From Eledone cirrhosa (taxonomy: Eukaryota), in contig OZ024743.1 of the NCBI GenBank assembly GCA_964016885.1, forward strand, positions 63,364,001 to 63,428,000: DNA of 64,000 bases, read 5' to 3'. The position numbers and the translations under genes are program-made. The notes under the pieces are model-generated. The model did not search any database, was not told where the DNA came from, and saw only the letters and a program-made list of their open reading frames with translations. Shown here piece by piece: positions 43,397 through 56,498 of the stretch (position 1 is its first letter; the number at the start of each line of letters is the position of its first letter).

Positions 43397-45495
43397 CATT
43401 TGAACAAGACCTAATGGATATGATCATGGAGATCAAATTTACAAAACAGAAAAGCAATAAACTACAGAATGACATCACGGCACTGCTCAATAATCTAAAA
43501 AACGCCAATGGAATTATTGTTAGAGCAGACAAAACATCAAACGTATATACCATGGATGTGGACACTTACAATAACTTCATCCGTAAGGAATTGCATAAAA
43601 AATACAGGAAAACTAATGAAGCTACACTTAAAAACATCAACAACTCGACATGTGATATTGTTAAAAAACTTTGTATTGACGATAGAACGCAACCCTTAAC
43701 ACCAGCTATACCATCCTTCAACCTGAAGGACCACAAGGTAAACTTCGATACTAACCCTAATATTAGACTTATATGCCCCTCTAAATCTGATATAGGCAAA
43801 ATTAGCAAATATATACTCAACAGAATTATCCCCCAAGTTAAGGTTAAAGTAGAAATTAAACTATGGGGTAACACTCATGAAGCAATAAGATGGTTTAATA
43901 ACATTACTGATAAGAAAAAAAAATCAAAATTTATTCAGTTTGATATTGATGAATATTATTCCTCAATTTCACCTGATACTCTACATGAAGCTCTTTCGTT
44001 CACTAAGGATAATTCCGACCTTACGGATGCTGAAATTAAAATTATTATGGAAGCGAGGAAAACTATAGTTAAATTCGATGATAGCTACTGGGTTCGCAAA
44101 GATAGACCTTCTAATTTTGATATCACTATGGGTTCTAATGATTCGGCGGAAGTAACAGATCTTGTGGGAATTTATATCACCCACAGATTACAAGGAAAAT
44201 TCAAGGATCTCCACGGTGGAATCTACCGTGACGATGCGCTCCTATTAGTTAAGCATATGAATAACCAGAATTTAGAAAGGATGCGTAAAAATATCAGAAA
44301 GCTTTTTAAGGAACTAGGATTAAATATTACATTTGAATATAACCTCAAAGAGGTCAATTTCCTTGATGTTACTTTCAATCTCAATACAGATACGATTAAA
44401 CCGTTCCATAAACTAAATGAGAACCTTAAATATGTAAATACGAGTTCTAACCATCCACTCTCTATAATTAAATCCATCCCTAGAAATGTTTCTCTTAGAA
44501 TCTCCCGCCTGTCGTCCAACCAACAAACCTTCAAAGAACATGCCGAATATTATGATGATGCACTTAGGAAAGCCGGTCACCTAGATAATATAGAGTATAT
44601 AGTCAAAGATCACCAAAACACCCAAAATAAATCCCATAGGAGTAGAAATAGCCCAGAATCAGCACCATACATACACTACCGCAATAGACACAATAATAGT
44701 CGCACACCACCAAACAGAAGGCGATGTAAGGAGTATATTTGGTACAACCCGGTCTATAACAACTCTATTAAAACCAATCTACCCTCAAAATTCTTTCGAT
44801 TAGTTAAAAAACACTTTCCAACATCACATAAATATAATAAAATCTTAAACCCTAACACTATTCGACTTTCATATTCAACCGCCCCTAATATTGAACAACA
44901 TATAAAAAAGCTTAACGCAAAACGGTTGTATAAACGCCTTCCAACACATAACAATACACGTAAAACATTAGCTATAACATCACAAAACAACAAACAACAT
45001 CCTGTCCTACATAAGCAACCTCATCAACCCATCCATGGCAATACAACAACGCAAAATTATAATTGCAACTGTGTCCAACCAGGAATGTGTTCGTTGAACA
45101 ATCAGTGTCTTGAACGCAACATCGTACACAAATGTACTATCGAATCGGATAGACAGAAGTGGTACTATGTGGGATCTATAGCCACCTCCTTCAAATCACG
45201 CCTTTATAGACATTGTTACTCGATAAAACATGAAAACCAGTGTTATATAACAACACTCGCAGACAAGGCTTGGCAGCTGCGTGAAAATAACCAACAATTT
45301 CACCTAAAATGGGATATAATAGCGTCTGCCCCCCCATATCCCCATGGACAGGAATTTTGTAAATTATGTAATGTAGAATTATTTTGTATTATGAAATCCA
45401 AAAACATTTTATTAAATAACAGAATAGAGCGATCGTTATACTGTAACCATCGCTTAAAATCTACATTTTCATATTATAAATACTACCAGGATTGA
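43366..45495 (+). CDS. PLE reverse transcriptase + C-terminal GIY-YIG endonuclease (709 aa, probably 5'-truncated; Hydra-clade-like)
   Basis: ADKT, FDIDEYYSSI (A), MGSNDSAEV (B), YRDD (C), FLDV (E), NHP; CxCx5C linker; NIVHKC...YYVG...R..H; KWDII and CKLC..E. Confidence 0.9.
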   Translation: MDKQFWINNFAFEQDLMDMIMEIKFTKQKSNKLQNDITALLNNLKNANGIIVRADKTSNVYTMDVDTYNNFIRKELHKKYRKTNEATLKNINNSTCDIVKKLCIDDRTQPLTPAIPSFNLKDHKVNFDTNPNIRLICPSKSDIGKISKYILNRIIPQVKVKVEIKLWGNTHEAIRWFNNITDKKKKSKFIQFDIDEYYSSISPDTLHEALSFTKDNSDLTDAEIKIIMEARKTIVKFDDSYWVRKDRPSNFDITMGSNDSAEVTDLVGIYITHRLQGKFKDLHGGIYRDDALLLVKHMNNQNLERMRKNIRKLFKELGLNITFEYNLKEVNFLDVTFNLNTDTIKPFHKLNENLKYVNTSSNHPLSIIKSIPRNVSLRISRLSSNQQTFKEHAEYYDDALRKAGHLDNIEYIVKDHQNTQNKSHRSRNSPESAPYIHYRNRHNNSRTPPNRRRCKEYIWYNPVYNNSIKTNLPSKFFRLVKKHFPTSHKYNKILNPNTIRLSYSTAPNIEQHIKKLNAKRLYKRLPTHNNTRKTLAITSQNNKQHPVLHKQPHQPIHGNTTTQNYNCNCVQPGMCSLNNQCLERNIVHKCTIESDRQKWYYVGSIATSFKSRLYRHCYSIKHENQCYITTLADKAWQLRENNQQFHLKWDIIASAPPYPHGQEFCKLCNVELFCIMKSKNILLNNRIERSLYCNHRLKSTFSYYKYYQD

Positions 45496-46239
45496 ACGCC
45501 TGTCTCTATCCCCGTTTGATTGTCAAAATAGATATTAACATTCTTTATTAGTCTTAATTCTATCAACTCTTCTATTATTTACCTTTTAATACAAACTGCT
45601 ATAGATAAAATGAGATTTCTGATTTCTTGATTCAATTCCCTAATGCATATACCAGCTGGCTACTAGCATTGATGTTATTTAGTAGCAATCGAAATCTCCC
45701 CCTACCCCAATTGACACTTTATAATTAATACTACTGCACCAAATGACCAGCCCTGTCCACTGTCCAGTTGGTCAAGTAGAGATTAAAATTGGCACTCCCA
45801 AAATTCTTATTTAGATTTAATCATGGTATTCTCATTAGAAACCCATTATATACTTGTTTAGCAGTAAATTAATTTACCATCTGTCATATACTATCCCCTC
45901 TGTTTCTTCCTCTATTACTAATATAAATACTTCAATTTTTCTGATTTTATCCAATTTATCCAAAATCTCTGAAGAAGTGACAACTGATTATACATTTGCT
46001 ATCGAATACTTGCTAACATTATATGATTACGCAAGCAGCGATACATAGGTATTCAGTCTGTTACAGAAACATATGTCAATACCTAATAAATTCCTTTTTT
46101 TAAAAAAAGCACTTTCATTTTATATTCATCCTTTCTACATTTTCTCCGGAATATAATTTATACTCGTTGAGCAAACCTGCACGTACGCTGTTCATCTCTA
46201 ACGTAACGATATATTATCACTACATTATTGATAACCTGA

Positions 46240-46272
<33 letters not shown>

Positions 46273-46352
46273 ACAAGACCATATATATATATATAAATAT
46301 ATATAACAAGACCATTTATATATATATATATATATAAATATATATAACAAGA

Positions 46353-46403
<51 letters not shown>

Positions 46404-46415
46404 TATATAGCAAGA

Positions 46416-46458
<43 letters not shown>

Positions 46459-46470
46459 TATATAGCAAGA

Positions 46471-46512
<42 letters not shown>

Positions 46513-46517
46513 CAAGA

Positions 46518-46559
<42 letters not shown>

Positions 46560-46564
46560 CAAGA

Positions 46565-46598
<34 letters not shown>

Positions 46599-46603
46599 CA
46601 AGA

Positions 46604-46637
<34 letters not shown>

Positions 46638-46675
46638 CAAGACCATATATATATATATATATATATATAGCAAGA

Positions 46676-46709
<34 letters not shown>

Positions 46710-46743
46710 CAAGACCATATATATATATATATATATAGCAAGA

Positions 46744-46805
<62 letters not shown>

Positions 46806-46810
46806 CAAGA

Positions 46811-46846
<36 letters not shown>

Positions 46847-46919
46847 CAAGACCATATATATATATATATATATATATAGCAAGACCATATATATATATAT
46901 ATATATATATATAGCAAGA

Positions 46920-46950
<31 letters not shown>

Positions 46951-46956
46951 GCAAGA

Positions 46957-46990
<34 letters not shown>

Positions 46991-46995
46991 CAAGA

Positions 46996-47029
<34 letters not shown>

Positions 47030-47069
47030 CAAGACCATATATATATATATATATATATATATAGCAAGA

Positions 47070-47105
<36 letters not shown>

Positions 47106-47110
47106 CAAGA

Positions 47111-47152
<42 letters not shown>

Positions 47153-47157
47153 CAAGA

Positions 47158-47191
<34 letters not shown>

Positions 47192-47223
47192 CAAGACCAT
47201 ATATATATATATATATAGCAAGA

Positions 47224-47267
<44 letters not shown>

Positions 47268-47272
47268 CAAGA

Positions 47273-47303
<31 letters not shown>

Positions 47304-47396
47304 GCAAGACCATATATATATATATATATAGCAAGACCATATATATATATATATATATATATATAGCAAGACCATATATATATATATATAGCAAGA

Positions 47397-47436
<40 letters not shown>

Positions 47437-47441
47437 CAAGA

Positions 47442-47479
<38 letters not shown>

Positions 47480-47484
47480 CAAGA

Positions 47485-47520
<36 letters not shown>

Positions 47521-47525
47521 CAAGA

Positions 47526-47561
<36 letters not shown>

Positions 47562-47566
47562 CAAGA

Positions 47567-47604
<38 letters not shown>

Positions 47605-47609
47605 CAAGA

Positions 47610-47649
<40 letters not shown>

Positions 47650-47654
47650 CAAGA

Positions 47655-47700
<46 letters not shown>

Positions 47701-47705
47701 CAAGA

Positions 47706-47751
<46 letters not shown>

Positions 47752-47756
47752 CAAGA

Positions 47757-47792
<36 letters not shown>

Positions 47793-47799
47793 CAAGACC

Positions 47800-47834
<35 letters not shown>

Positions 47835-47852
47835 GATATATATATAGCAAGA

Positions 47853-47922
<70 letters not shown>

Positions 47923-47927
47923 CAAGA

Positions 47928-47961
<34 letters not shown>

Positions 47962-47966
47962 CAAGA

Positions 47967-48000
<34 letters not shown>

Positions 48001-48005
48001 CAAGA

Positions 48006-48041
<36 letters not shown>

Positions 48042-48046
48042 CAAGA

Positions 48047-48082
<36 letters not shown>

Positions 48083-48087
48083 CAAGA

Positions 48088-48118
<31 letters not shown>

Positions 48119-48159
48119 GCAAGACCATATATATATATATATATATATATATAGCAAGA

Positions 48160-48190
<31 letters not shown>

Positions 48191-48196
48191 GCAAGA

Positions 48197-48230
<34 letters not shown>

Positions 48231-48256
48231 CAAGACCATATATATATATAGCAAGA

Positions 48257-48298
<42 letters not shown>

Positions 48299-48353
48299 CA
48301 AGACCATATATATATATATATATATATAGCAAGACCATATATATATATATATA

Positions 48354-48610
48354 GCAACACCAATATATATATATATAGCAACACAAATATATATATAGCA
48401 ACACAAATATATATATATATAGCAACACAAATATATATATATATAGCAACACAAATATATATATATAGCAACACAAATATATATATATAGCAACACAAAT
48501 ATATATATATAGCAACACAAATATATATATATAGCAACACAAATATATATATATAGCAACACAAATACATATATATAGCAACACAAATACATATATATAG
48601 CAACACAAAT
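48354..48610 (+). repeat. Variant satellite block with core GCAACACAA
   Basis: About 12 units of tagcaacacaaa(ta)n, preceded by one intermediate gcaacacc. Confidence 0.92.
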
Positions 48611-48626
48611 ATATATATATATATAT

Positions 48627-49295
48627 ATATACGTGAACGGCAAAGCATAAACGAACTAAGGAAAAAATTAGAGATAAGAGGGATCAGATGTTGTTTACTC
48701 GAGAGAAGGCTGCGTTGGTATGGACACGTGATGCGCATGAAAGTCGATAGCTGTATAACAAAGTGCAGGGCAATAAAGATAGACGGTAGCCACGGAATAG
48801 GCAGACCTAGAAAAACATGGGATGAGCTGATAAACTCCGACCTCACACACTTACACCTCTCCAAGACAATGTCACTGGACCGAGACCTTTGGCGGTACTC
48901 AGTAACAGAGAAGACCCGCCTTGCCAGTAGGCATCTCTAACAAAATACACCCCGTCCCGCCACCACCCCCACCCCATCCACACCACCCCGTTCTATGTAA
49001 AGTTATGTTGGTGCCGCGCCATCCAGACCGAAACAAATGAGATCGTGTAGGTGTCACGACAAAAAAACACACAGTCCACGCTGTAATGTGGCCGTGTAGG
49101 CAACACGGTAAAAACCTCCCAGACCCACACTGTAAATGTGGTTGGTGTTAGGAAGGGCATCCAACTGTAGAAAACCTGCCAGACAGTCCTATGCGAGCAA
49201 GACAATCACTCTTGCCTCAAGTGGGACTACCCCCGTCCAAACCCATGCAAGCGTGGAACACGGACGTTAAACGTTGATGATGATGATGATGATGA
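48627..49295 (+). mobile_element. Short 3' fragment of RTE LINE, subfamily A
   Basis: Matches 24730-25363; a small deletion removes the normal stop; (GAT)n tail. Confidence 0.94.
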
Positions 49296-49325
49296 TATAT
49301 ATATATAGCAAGACCATATATATAT

Positions 49326-50555
49326 CTCGAGTCTAAAAGACAACCACACCCAATATAAGTTACACTGGGACATCCTAGCTATTGCTAGATCGTATAACGG
49401 AAATAAAAGACCATGTGACCTCTGCGCCGCTGAGGCCCTGGAAATACTCTACGCCACAGACCACATCTTAAACAAAAAATCTGAGGCAATTTCGGCTTGT
49501 AAACATAAATTGCACAAAACTTTCCTGTATTACAGCCCCACGTTATACCCTAAAGGATAGCACGATCTATACGTGGATATTTTACGTCTTGATGTGGGAG
49601 CTAAGTATATGTTTTGTTTATTCCGTTACTTATTTACATAGGTAAGTATATATTACCCGTATGTTTTGTGAAGGTATGTATACCTTCTCGTACGTATATT
49701 TGACTGTTATGGCGTATAATTTTTACATATTCTGGTATTTAGGGTTTGGCTATGTGTATACGGGAGTTTTGCATCTGCGTGAGTATGCAGTATCATACGT
49801 ATGGTGGGTGTATATGTGTACTTCTTGTTTTAGTTGACTTACGTCTCCGAACATTCTGTATTTATTTGTAGGTATGCGTGTGCGCTTGTTATATACATAT
49901 TTATTTACTTATATACGTTTATATAATTATTTATTTATTTGTACACAAGCATACACACACACACATATTTATATGTGCGTGGTTTTGTATACCTATGGTA
50001 AGGTTTTGCGTATGCTTGTGTATGTACGTATCTGTTTGCATGTATGTATTTATTTGTTTCTATTACTTCTGTATTGTATTTATTTACTTTGTTCTTAACT
50101 CTGTAGCGGAGATTCATTTGGTCTCCTAGTTAGAATTTTAGTCTACAACTTATGCTATACCATTTACGTGGTTTTGTCTTTGCGTGTTATTTTTCTCCAC
50201 GTTCCACATATGACTTATTATCTTCGTTTTTTCGTTCATTGCCAGAGAACGTCTCTATGCACCACCTAAGAGAACATTAGTCTACGACCTCTTTTATACC
50301 ATAAACGTGGTTCTGTCTTTGCGAGTAATTGTTTTTCACCGCTCCTATTAATGACGTATTATTCGTTTTTTCCCGTTCTTTGCCAGCGAACGTTTCCACA
50401 ACCAAAGTATCGTCTTCCCGTCTTCCTCCGGTTGCAACGTTTTTTGAAATATCCAGTTCTGCGTTTACAGATTGACTTTGTTAGTTTCAGAAGATCCCGT
50501 TAAGGGTGAAAGCAGCGATTCTTTGCTTAAACTTTAATCTGTTATTTTAATAAAT
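49326..50555 (+). mobile_element. 3' fragment of a second Hydra-like PLE family (EN C-terminus + 3' UTR)
   Basis: Manual translation SLKDNHTQYKLHWDILAIARSYNGNKRPCDLCAAEALEIL...LNKKSE...CKHK...* (stop 49558-49560) aligns with the C-terminus of the 709-aa ORF; not in the ORF track. Confidence 0.82.
50483..50533 (+). ncRNA. Variant hammerhead ribozyme motif
   Basis: agttt-CAGAAGA-tccc-gttaa-gggt-GAAA-gcag..ttgc-TT-aaact; all three stems form but the core has U4>A. Confidence 0.5.
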
Positions 50556-50568
50556 ATATATATATATA

Positions 50569-50776
50569 TGTAGGCGCCACGAAAAAGCACCCACCACTCA
50601 CTGTAAATGAGGTTGGTGTTAGGAAGGGCATCCAGCTGTAGAAATCAAGCCAAATCAGTTCCTGTATGAGCAAGGCATGGTCAGCTGACCAGACACTGCC
50701 CACAACAGGACAACCCGTCTAACCCGTGCTAGCATGGAAGAACAGACGTAAGATGATGATGATGATGATGATGATG
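50569..50776 (+). mobile_element. RTE subfamily C 3' UTR / SINE tail with (GAT)n
   Basis: Reverse complement of 41815-42003. Confidence 0.85.
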
Positions 50777-52386
50777 ACACACATATATATATATATATAT
50801 ACACACACACACGCACACACATGTATGTACAAGTATAGATTTCAGTGTGTGTGTGTGGACAGAATTTCAAATGAAATACATTTTTTTTTTTTTTAATAAA
50901 TTCATTAATTAGGTGTTTTGAGGGATTTATTATTAATAATTACTTCATTATTAAGATTAGTAGCTTAACATATGGTTCTTATATGAAATTTATATTTTGG
51001 AACGTTGAAAGATTTTAATTTAAATAGGAACCCTTTAAAATGGGTGGTTTTGTTTCATAGAACCAATTCTGGTTTAATATCAGAAGAGTTTAAAGGGAAC
51101 ATGAAAAACTGGATACAATTTGTTTACTGAATCTTGATTTGGTTTGAAATTTGTAGCACACACCATCAATTAACTAGGGTGGGCTGGTGATGATACTATG
51201 TAATTCATAGGAATATTGGTGTTGTAAATATGTTGTGAAGGTCTAATGCTTAACCCTTTAGCATTTAAATATGTTGTGAAGGCCTAATGGTTAACCCTTT
51301 AGCATTTACATTACTCTATATTTACTATAGTATTTTCATGGTAAAGGCTTTACCTCACGTAATTATCTCAGTATTGAATCTATGAGATTTGGATATTATT
51401 TATTTTGAGAACAATACCTTAACATCAGTATGAGCAGCCGGTTATGGTCGGTTTAAACATTAGCAAAAAACTAAGCTATGACCACTGAAGCAATGTTAAA
51501 TAAAGGAATTGAATTCACAACCTTAAGATTGTGAACCCAAAATCATAGCTGCTAAGCCACACTCCTTCACCCATGGATAGAAGTATCACAAAATATGCAC
51601 CCTTGCTGGTGTTTAGAAAAATGCACCCAGCAGGTGGTTGGCATTAGGAAAGGCATCCAGCCATAGAAACCATGCCTAATATGGAATGTAGCAACTCACC
51701 TGACTTCGAAATGAGATAACCCATCCAACACATGCCAGCATGGAAATGGGAAGTAAAATGGTGATGATAATATCACTCAAAAGTTCAATGCTTTAGTTGG
51801 GAGGTGTAAAAGAATCATGAACAGAAAAAAAAGGTAGCATTATGTCAGCAAACCAATAGTGATGATTGACTAAACTGTCATCAATAATTCCATGGATTCA
51901 TGAAATTATGTTATGGACATTACCGATGCATTTTTAATTAAGTTCATTATCATCATCACCATTTAACATCCACTTCATGCTACCATGGCTTGGACAGGTC
52001 ATCACAGATGAAGTCAGTATTTAATCACAGCTACTAACCTTCCAGACAGACCAGGGACTGCATTTTGCTTACATACATTTGAGAATTTTACAGAGTGTAC
52101 TGGGTGCATTTATTGTGGTATCAATACTAGAAAAGTTGTTGTGCCCTTGACACAACTGAAGAGTCCTCATTAAAATCAATTTGTAAATGTTTATTTCATT
52201 CTAACACAGTTTCATGTGTGTGTATGTAAGTGTGTGAGTGTGCATATACATATATATATATAACAGCAGTAGTACTAATAATATTGCCAGTTGATTAAAA
52301 GCTCAATGCAATGGGCGTCATGCAGAGTTATATATTAATTTCAAAAACACCGATTCAATGCTTTGAATCTTCGGCGTTTTTGAAAT

Positions 52387-52425
<39 letters not shown>

Positions 52426-52987
52426 TCTCTATTGGACAGCAATGCCCATTAGATGGTGTATATATTATCCGTAAATCAAGAGTAACAATTTAAAAGCATC
52501 AGATGATCTGATGTTTGAGGCAAATATCAAAGAAACACATTGCTTTGATATTTTGGGTTCTGGGACTTTGTTAGAATCTATCAGCAGTGATTGGGATTAT
52601 TTCTTCTGAATGCGTTTATTATTTAAATGTGTGTGAGACAGCACGTACTGGTCACAGTGGTATTTTAAACCCATAGACTTTTCAAACAGGCAAAAATCTC
52701 TCAATACCAATCCAGTCAAAACCAGTACTTGTTCTATGAAACAAAACCCACACATTTTAAATGTTCCCATTTGAATTATACATAAGAACCATATGCTCAG
52801 TTGCTATCTTAATAGTGAAATAATATATAATTTGAATAAATCCTTTAAAATTCTTCATTAAAGTGTATTTCATTAGATGTATAGACATGAAAGGGTTAAA
52901 CATTTTTTAGCATAAAAATGTAGTTATATATATTTATATACAGTTGACACCTCTGATTTTGAACCCAGTAATTGTTAGATGTGTATA

Positions 52988-53052
<65 letters not shown>

Positions 53053-55327
53053 AATTTTTTATACTCCCTTGTGGTTGAGTACAAACTGGTAGGTTGGTTG
53101 ATGAACTATTTCTAGCGTTCTTTGTAACATGCCACCCATCCATCTATTAGTTTTCTTCGCACTGGCTGCTAACCACATGATGTTTTCGCATTTGGAAAAA
53201 CACACATGTAGTGCTCACTTTTTCCCTCTTATTGTGCGAAAGACCCCTAAAGAGTTATGTTCTGATGTTGGATGTCTTGGCTAGTTAGAATGTTAGAATG
53301 TCTAATATTGGTCTTACTCTTATACTATGAAACTGCTATCCGCTGAAGTAAGTATAGTTAATTCTTCTGAATTTATTTTACTGGCTTCTCCCATTTGTGT
53401 GTGGGTGTGCGTTTGCATATTTGTATAGATAGGCTTATGCATTTGTAAGTGTATTGTTTATATATGACTATATGCATATATCTATGTATACATTATAATT
53501 GATCATGTTTGTTTTTATGTACTTATGAGTGGGAACACATGAAAACGTTTTCTAGCCGGATATACTTAGAAATTATATTTATTGATACATAGGTGTTTTT
53601 TTTTTGTTTTTGTTTTTTTCTACATTATAAGTATACGTGTATTATGGATTATTTGTATGGATGTATACCTCCAAGTATAGACAGAAAAATGTGATTTTTT
53701 TTTCTTTTTTTAAAACTCAAAGTAACATGGTTATAAATTGTATCACTGACCTTTACCTTAACAGTCAATACAGAATGTATTATTTCTCAGCTGAATAAGC
53801 ACATAGTAAATACTTCTTCCCCTCCCTATACACTTGTTTTGTTTACTCCTACCTATCCCCTTCTCTTTCTCCCTTTATGTTTACTATCTCAATCACTACC
53901 CCTTACCTTTATCAAATTATAACTATATAAGAGATATTCCACTTTAACTCTTACCATCTTGTAAGGATTAAGAGGAAAATATTGAAAAACAGGCTTGTCA
54001 ACTCACATGTTTATAGTATCTTTACTAGTGGACAGATCATTGTGAAAATTGTTAGAGTAAAGACATCCATTCTTAATGTGGTGCTGTTTTGTAATTTTCA
54101 AAAATGTCTTGTTAATGTGGTTTCATATGGTACAGGATGTTAAGTGTTAAAAAACACTCCCGGAAACATATGAAATGTAGCTTCAGAGGAGGCCAGCTAA
54201 ACTAGCATAGGCATGAGCTGTAAATGATATTTCATTCCCTACAGCAACAAGAGGAAAATATTTAAAAACAGGTTTGTTCATTCAAATGTTTATATTATCT
54301 TTAATAGATCTTTGTGGAAATTTGCAGTTATTAGAATATAGACTAATTTTTAATGTGATGCAATCATAGTGATGTTTTGTACTTTCTAAGAATGCTTTGC
54401 TAATGCAATTTCCTGCAGTACAGCTTGGTAAGGATTAAACAGTTTTGAGAAGTCAGTATTGACAAAACTTCAAAATAAAAATCACTTTATACACACACAC
54501 ACAGTTACCTACATTTATACATGCATACTTCTACCAAATGTCCTCATATAAAAGCCAATCGTTTGGAGGGAGTTAAAAATCTGGAATTGTCTATGTATCA
54601 TCTCAAGTGAAATTAACCTTAGTAAACGTTAATACAGATACTACATCGACATTTGCAAACTGTAGGATTATTCTATATATAAATATTATGGTAAGGAAAT
54701 TAATTTTTCTGCAGTTATGCATGTTAATATGCAGTTCACACAAACATTGGGTAACATATGAAGGGTTAGGGAAGAAATGAATAGAGGAAGTTTTTAATTT
54801 AGAAGCTGGTGGACTACACAAGACACTGTTTGTTCATCCAAGATCAATTTAAACTTCTCCGTCTGAGGACACAATGAACACCCTAGTATTTTAAGGTGGT
54901 AGTACTGGTACCATGTTAAAATGCACACAGTATACACTGTAAAGTGGTTGGCATTAGGAAGGGCATCAAGCTGTAGAAACCATGTCAAAATGGAGTATAT
55001 GAACAAGATGTGGTCATCTGACCTGTCAAATCTTAGAATATGACAACCCACCTGATTCATGCAAGCATGGAAAATAGACATAAAACTATGATGATGATGA
55101 TGATGTCAACCAACAACTGTCTCTGGTTCTATGGAACAAAACCAGAAGCTTTCTTATTTAAATTAAAATCTCCCAACATAATTCCTTTTAAGTGTCTTTT
55201 GTTATGTTACAAATACCATCTTAATCTGATAGTGAAAATTCATGACAGATTTATAAATCTATGACAGATTTATAAGTGTTTTGCAGTGATTAGTTGTTGA
55301 CATCAATAAGCCATTATATGTCAAATA

Positions 55328-56160
55328 ATTGTTTCTACTTTTGGCACAAGGCCAGCAATTATCCCAGTGTATTACTGGTACTTTATTTTATCGACCACGT
55401 AACGATGAAAGGCAAAGCTAACCCGGCGGGATTTGAACTCAGAATGGTTTCTGATTTAGGCACAAGGCTAACAATTTGGGGAGAGGGTAAAGTTGATTAA
55501 ATCAACCCTATTGTGTTACTGGTACTTTATTTTATCGACCTCGTAAGGATGAAAGACAAAGCTAACCTCAGCAGGATTTGATTTCAGAACATAAAGGGAC
55601 GTAACTATATGTCACAAGCATGTCCAATGCTCTACCAATACTGCCAATCCATCAATTTTATGTCAAAAAATGATTTCTACGAGAGGCACAAGGCCAGTAA
55701 TGGGGGGGGGGGTTGATTAAATCGACCCCAGTAATTACTCAGCAGGATTTGAACTCAGACCATAAGGGCCGTAACTATGCTGCAAAGCATGGTGTCCGAC
55801 TCTCTACCAATACTGCCAACCCACCGCCTTTTCTTATATCAAATATTAATGAGATTTCATTCCAAAATGTGAATTTGAATTAGAACACTTTAATAGAGGT
55901 CTGTTGGTGTTTAAAAGGGTTAAATAAATATATAAATAATACTGAATATAATTTTCAACTTAATCATTTCTCACATTGGCACAAGGCTAACAATTTTGGA
56001 GAAGGGAAAAGTTGATTAAATTGACCCCGGTACTTAACTGCTAATATATTTTAACTACAGAAGGATGAAAGGCAAAGTTGACCTTAGTGGGATTTGAACT
56101 CAGAACATAGAAAGTCATAACTAAATACTTGCTATAATGACTAAAAACCCACCACCCTCA
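55328..56160 (-). mobile_element. Cluster of Nin/Deu-like SINE copies
   Basis: Repeated ttactggtactttattttatcgacc...gatgaaaggcaaag...ggatttgaactcaga, the reverse complement of 6050-6231. Confidence 0.75.
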
Positions 56161-56290
56161 TTTTCAACTTAATAATAAAGGACAAATATTTAACTACTGA
56201 AATCTAATATCTGCCATGAAATTTCAAACCAAATTTGAATTTAAATTTGGACACTTTAATAGAAATGGTTTGGGACAGGTTGGTATTTAA

Positions 56291-56498
56291 CCCTTTAGCA
56301 TTCACATCACTCTATATATACTATTGTATTTTCATGGTAAATGCTTTAACTCACAATTATATCACATAATATCGAATCTATGAGATTTTGAAAGTATTTA
56401 TTTTGAGAACAATACTTTAACATCAGTTTGAGTGACCAGTTACAGCCAGTTTCAACAGAAAAAAGTAGAAAATTTTGGCCGGTTTTAACATTAAAGGG
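56291..56498. mobile_element. piggyBac-like MITE with TTAA duplication
   Basis: TTAA-ccctttagcatt ... aacattaaaggg-TTAA. Confidence 0.8.

Larger units (their letters stand above)
43151..46245 (+). mobile_element. Penelope-like element with inverted 5' pseudo-LTR
   Basis: 43151-43332 is the near-perfect reverse complement of 45955-46137; long RT+EN ORF between them; both ends in (TA)n. Confidence 0.93.

Noticed and set aside
53047-53600. Unique-looking segment after (TA)n that might be another PLE remnant
   Set aside because: No recognisable RT/EN motif or intact ribozyme core
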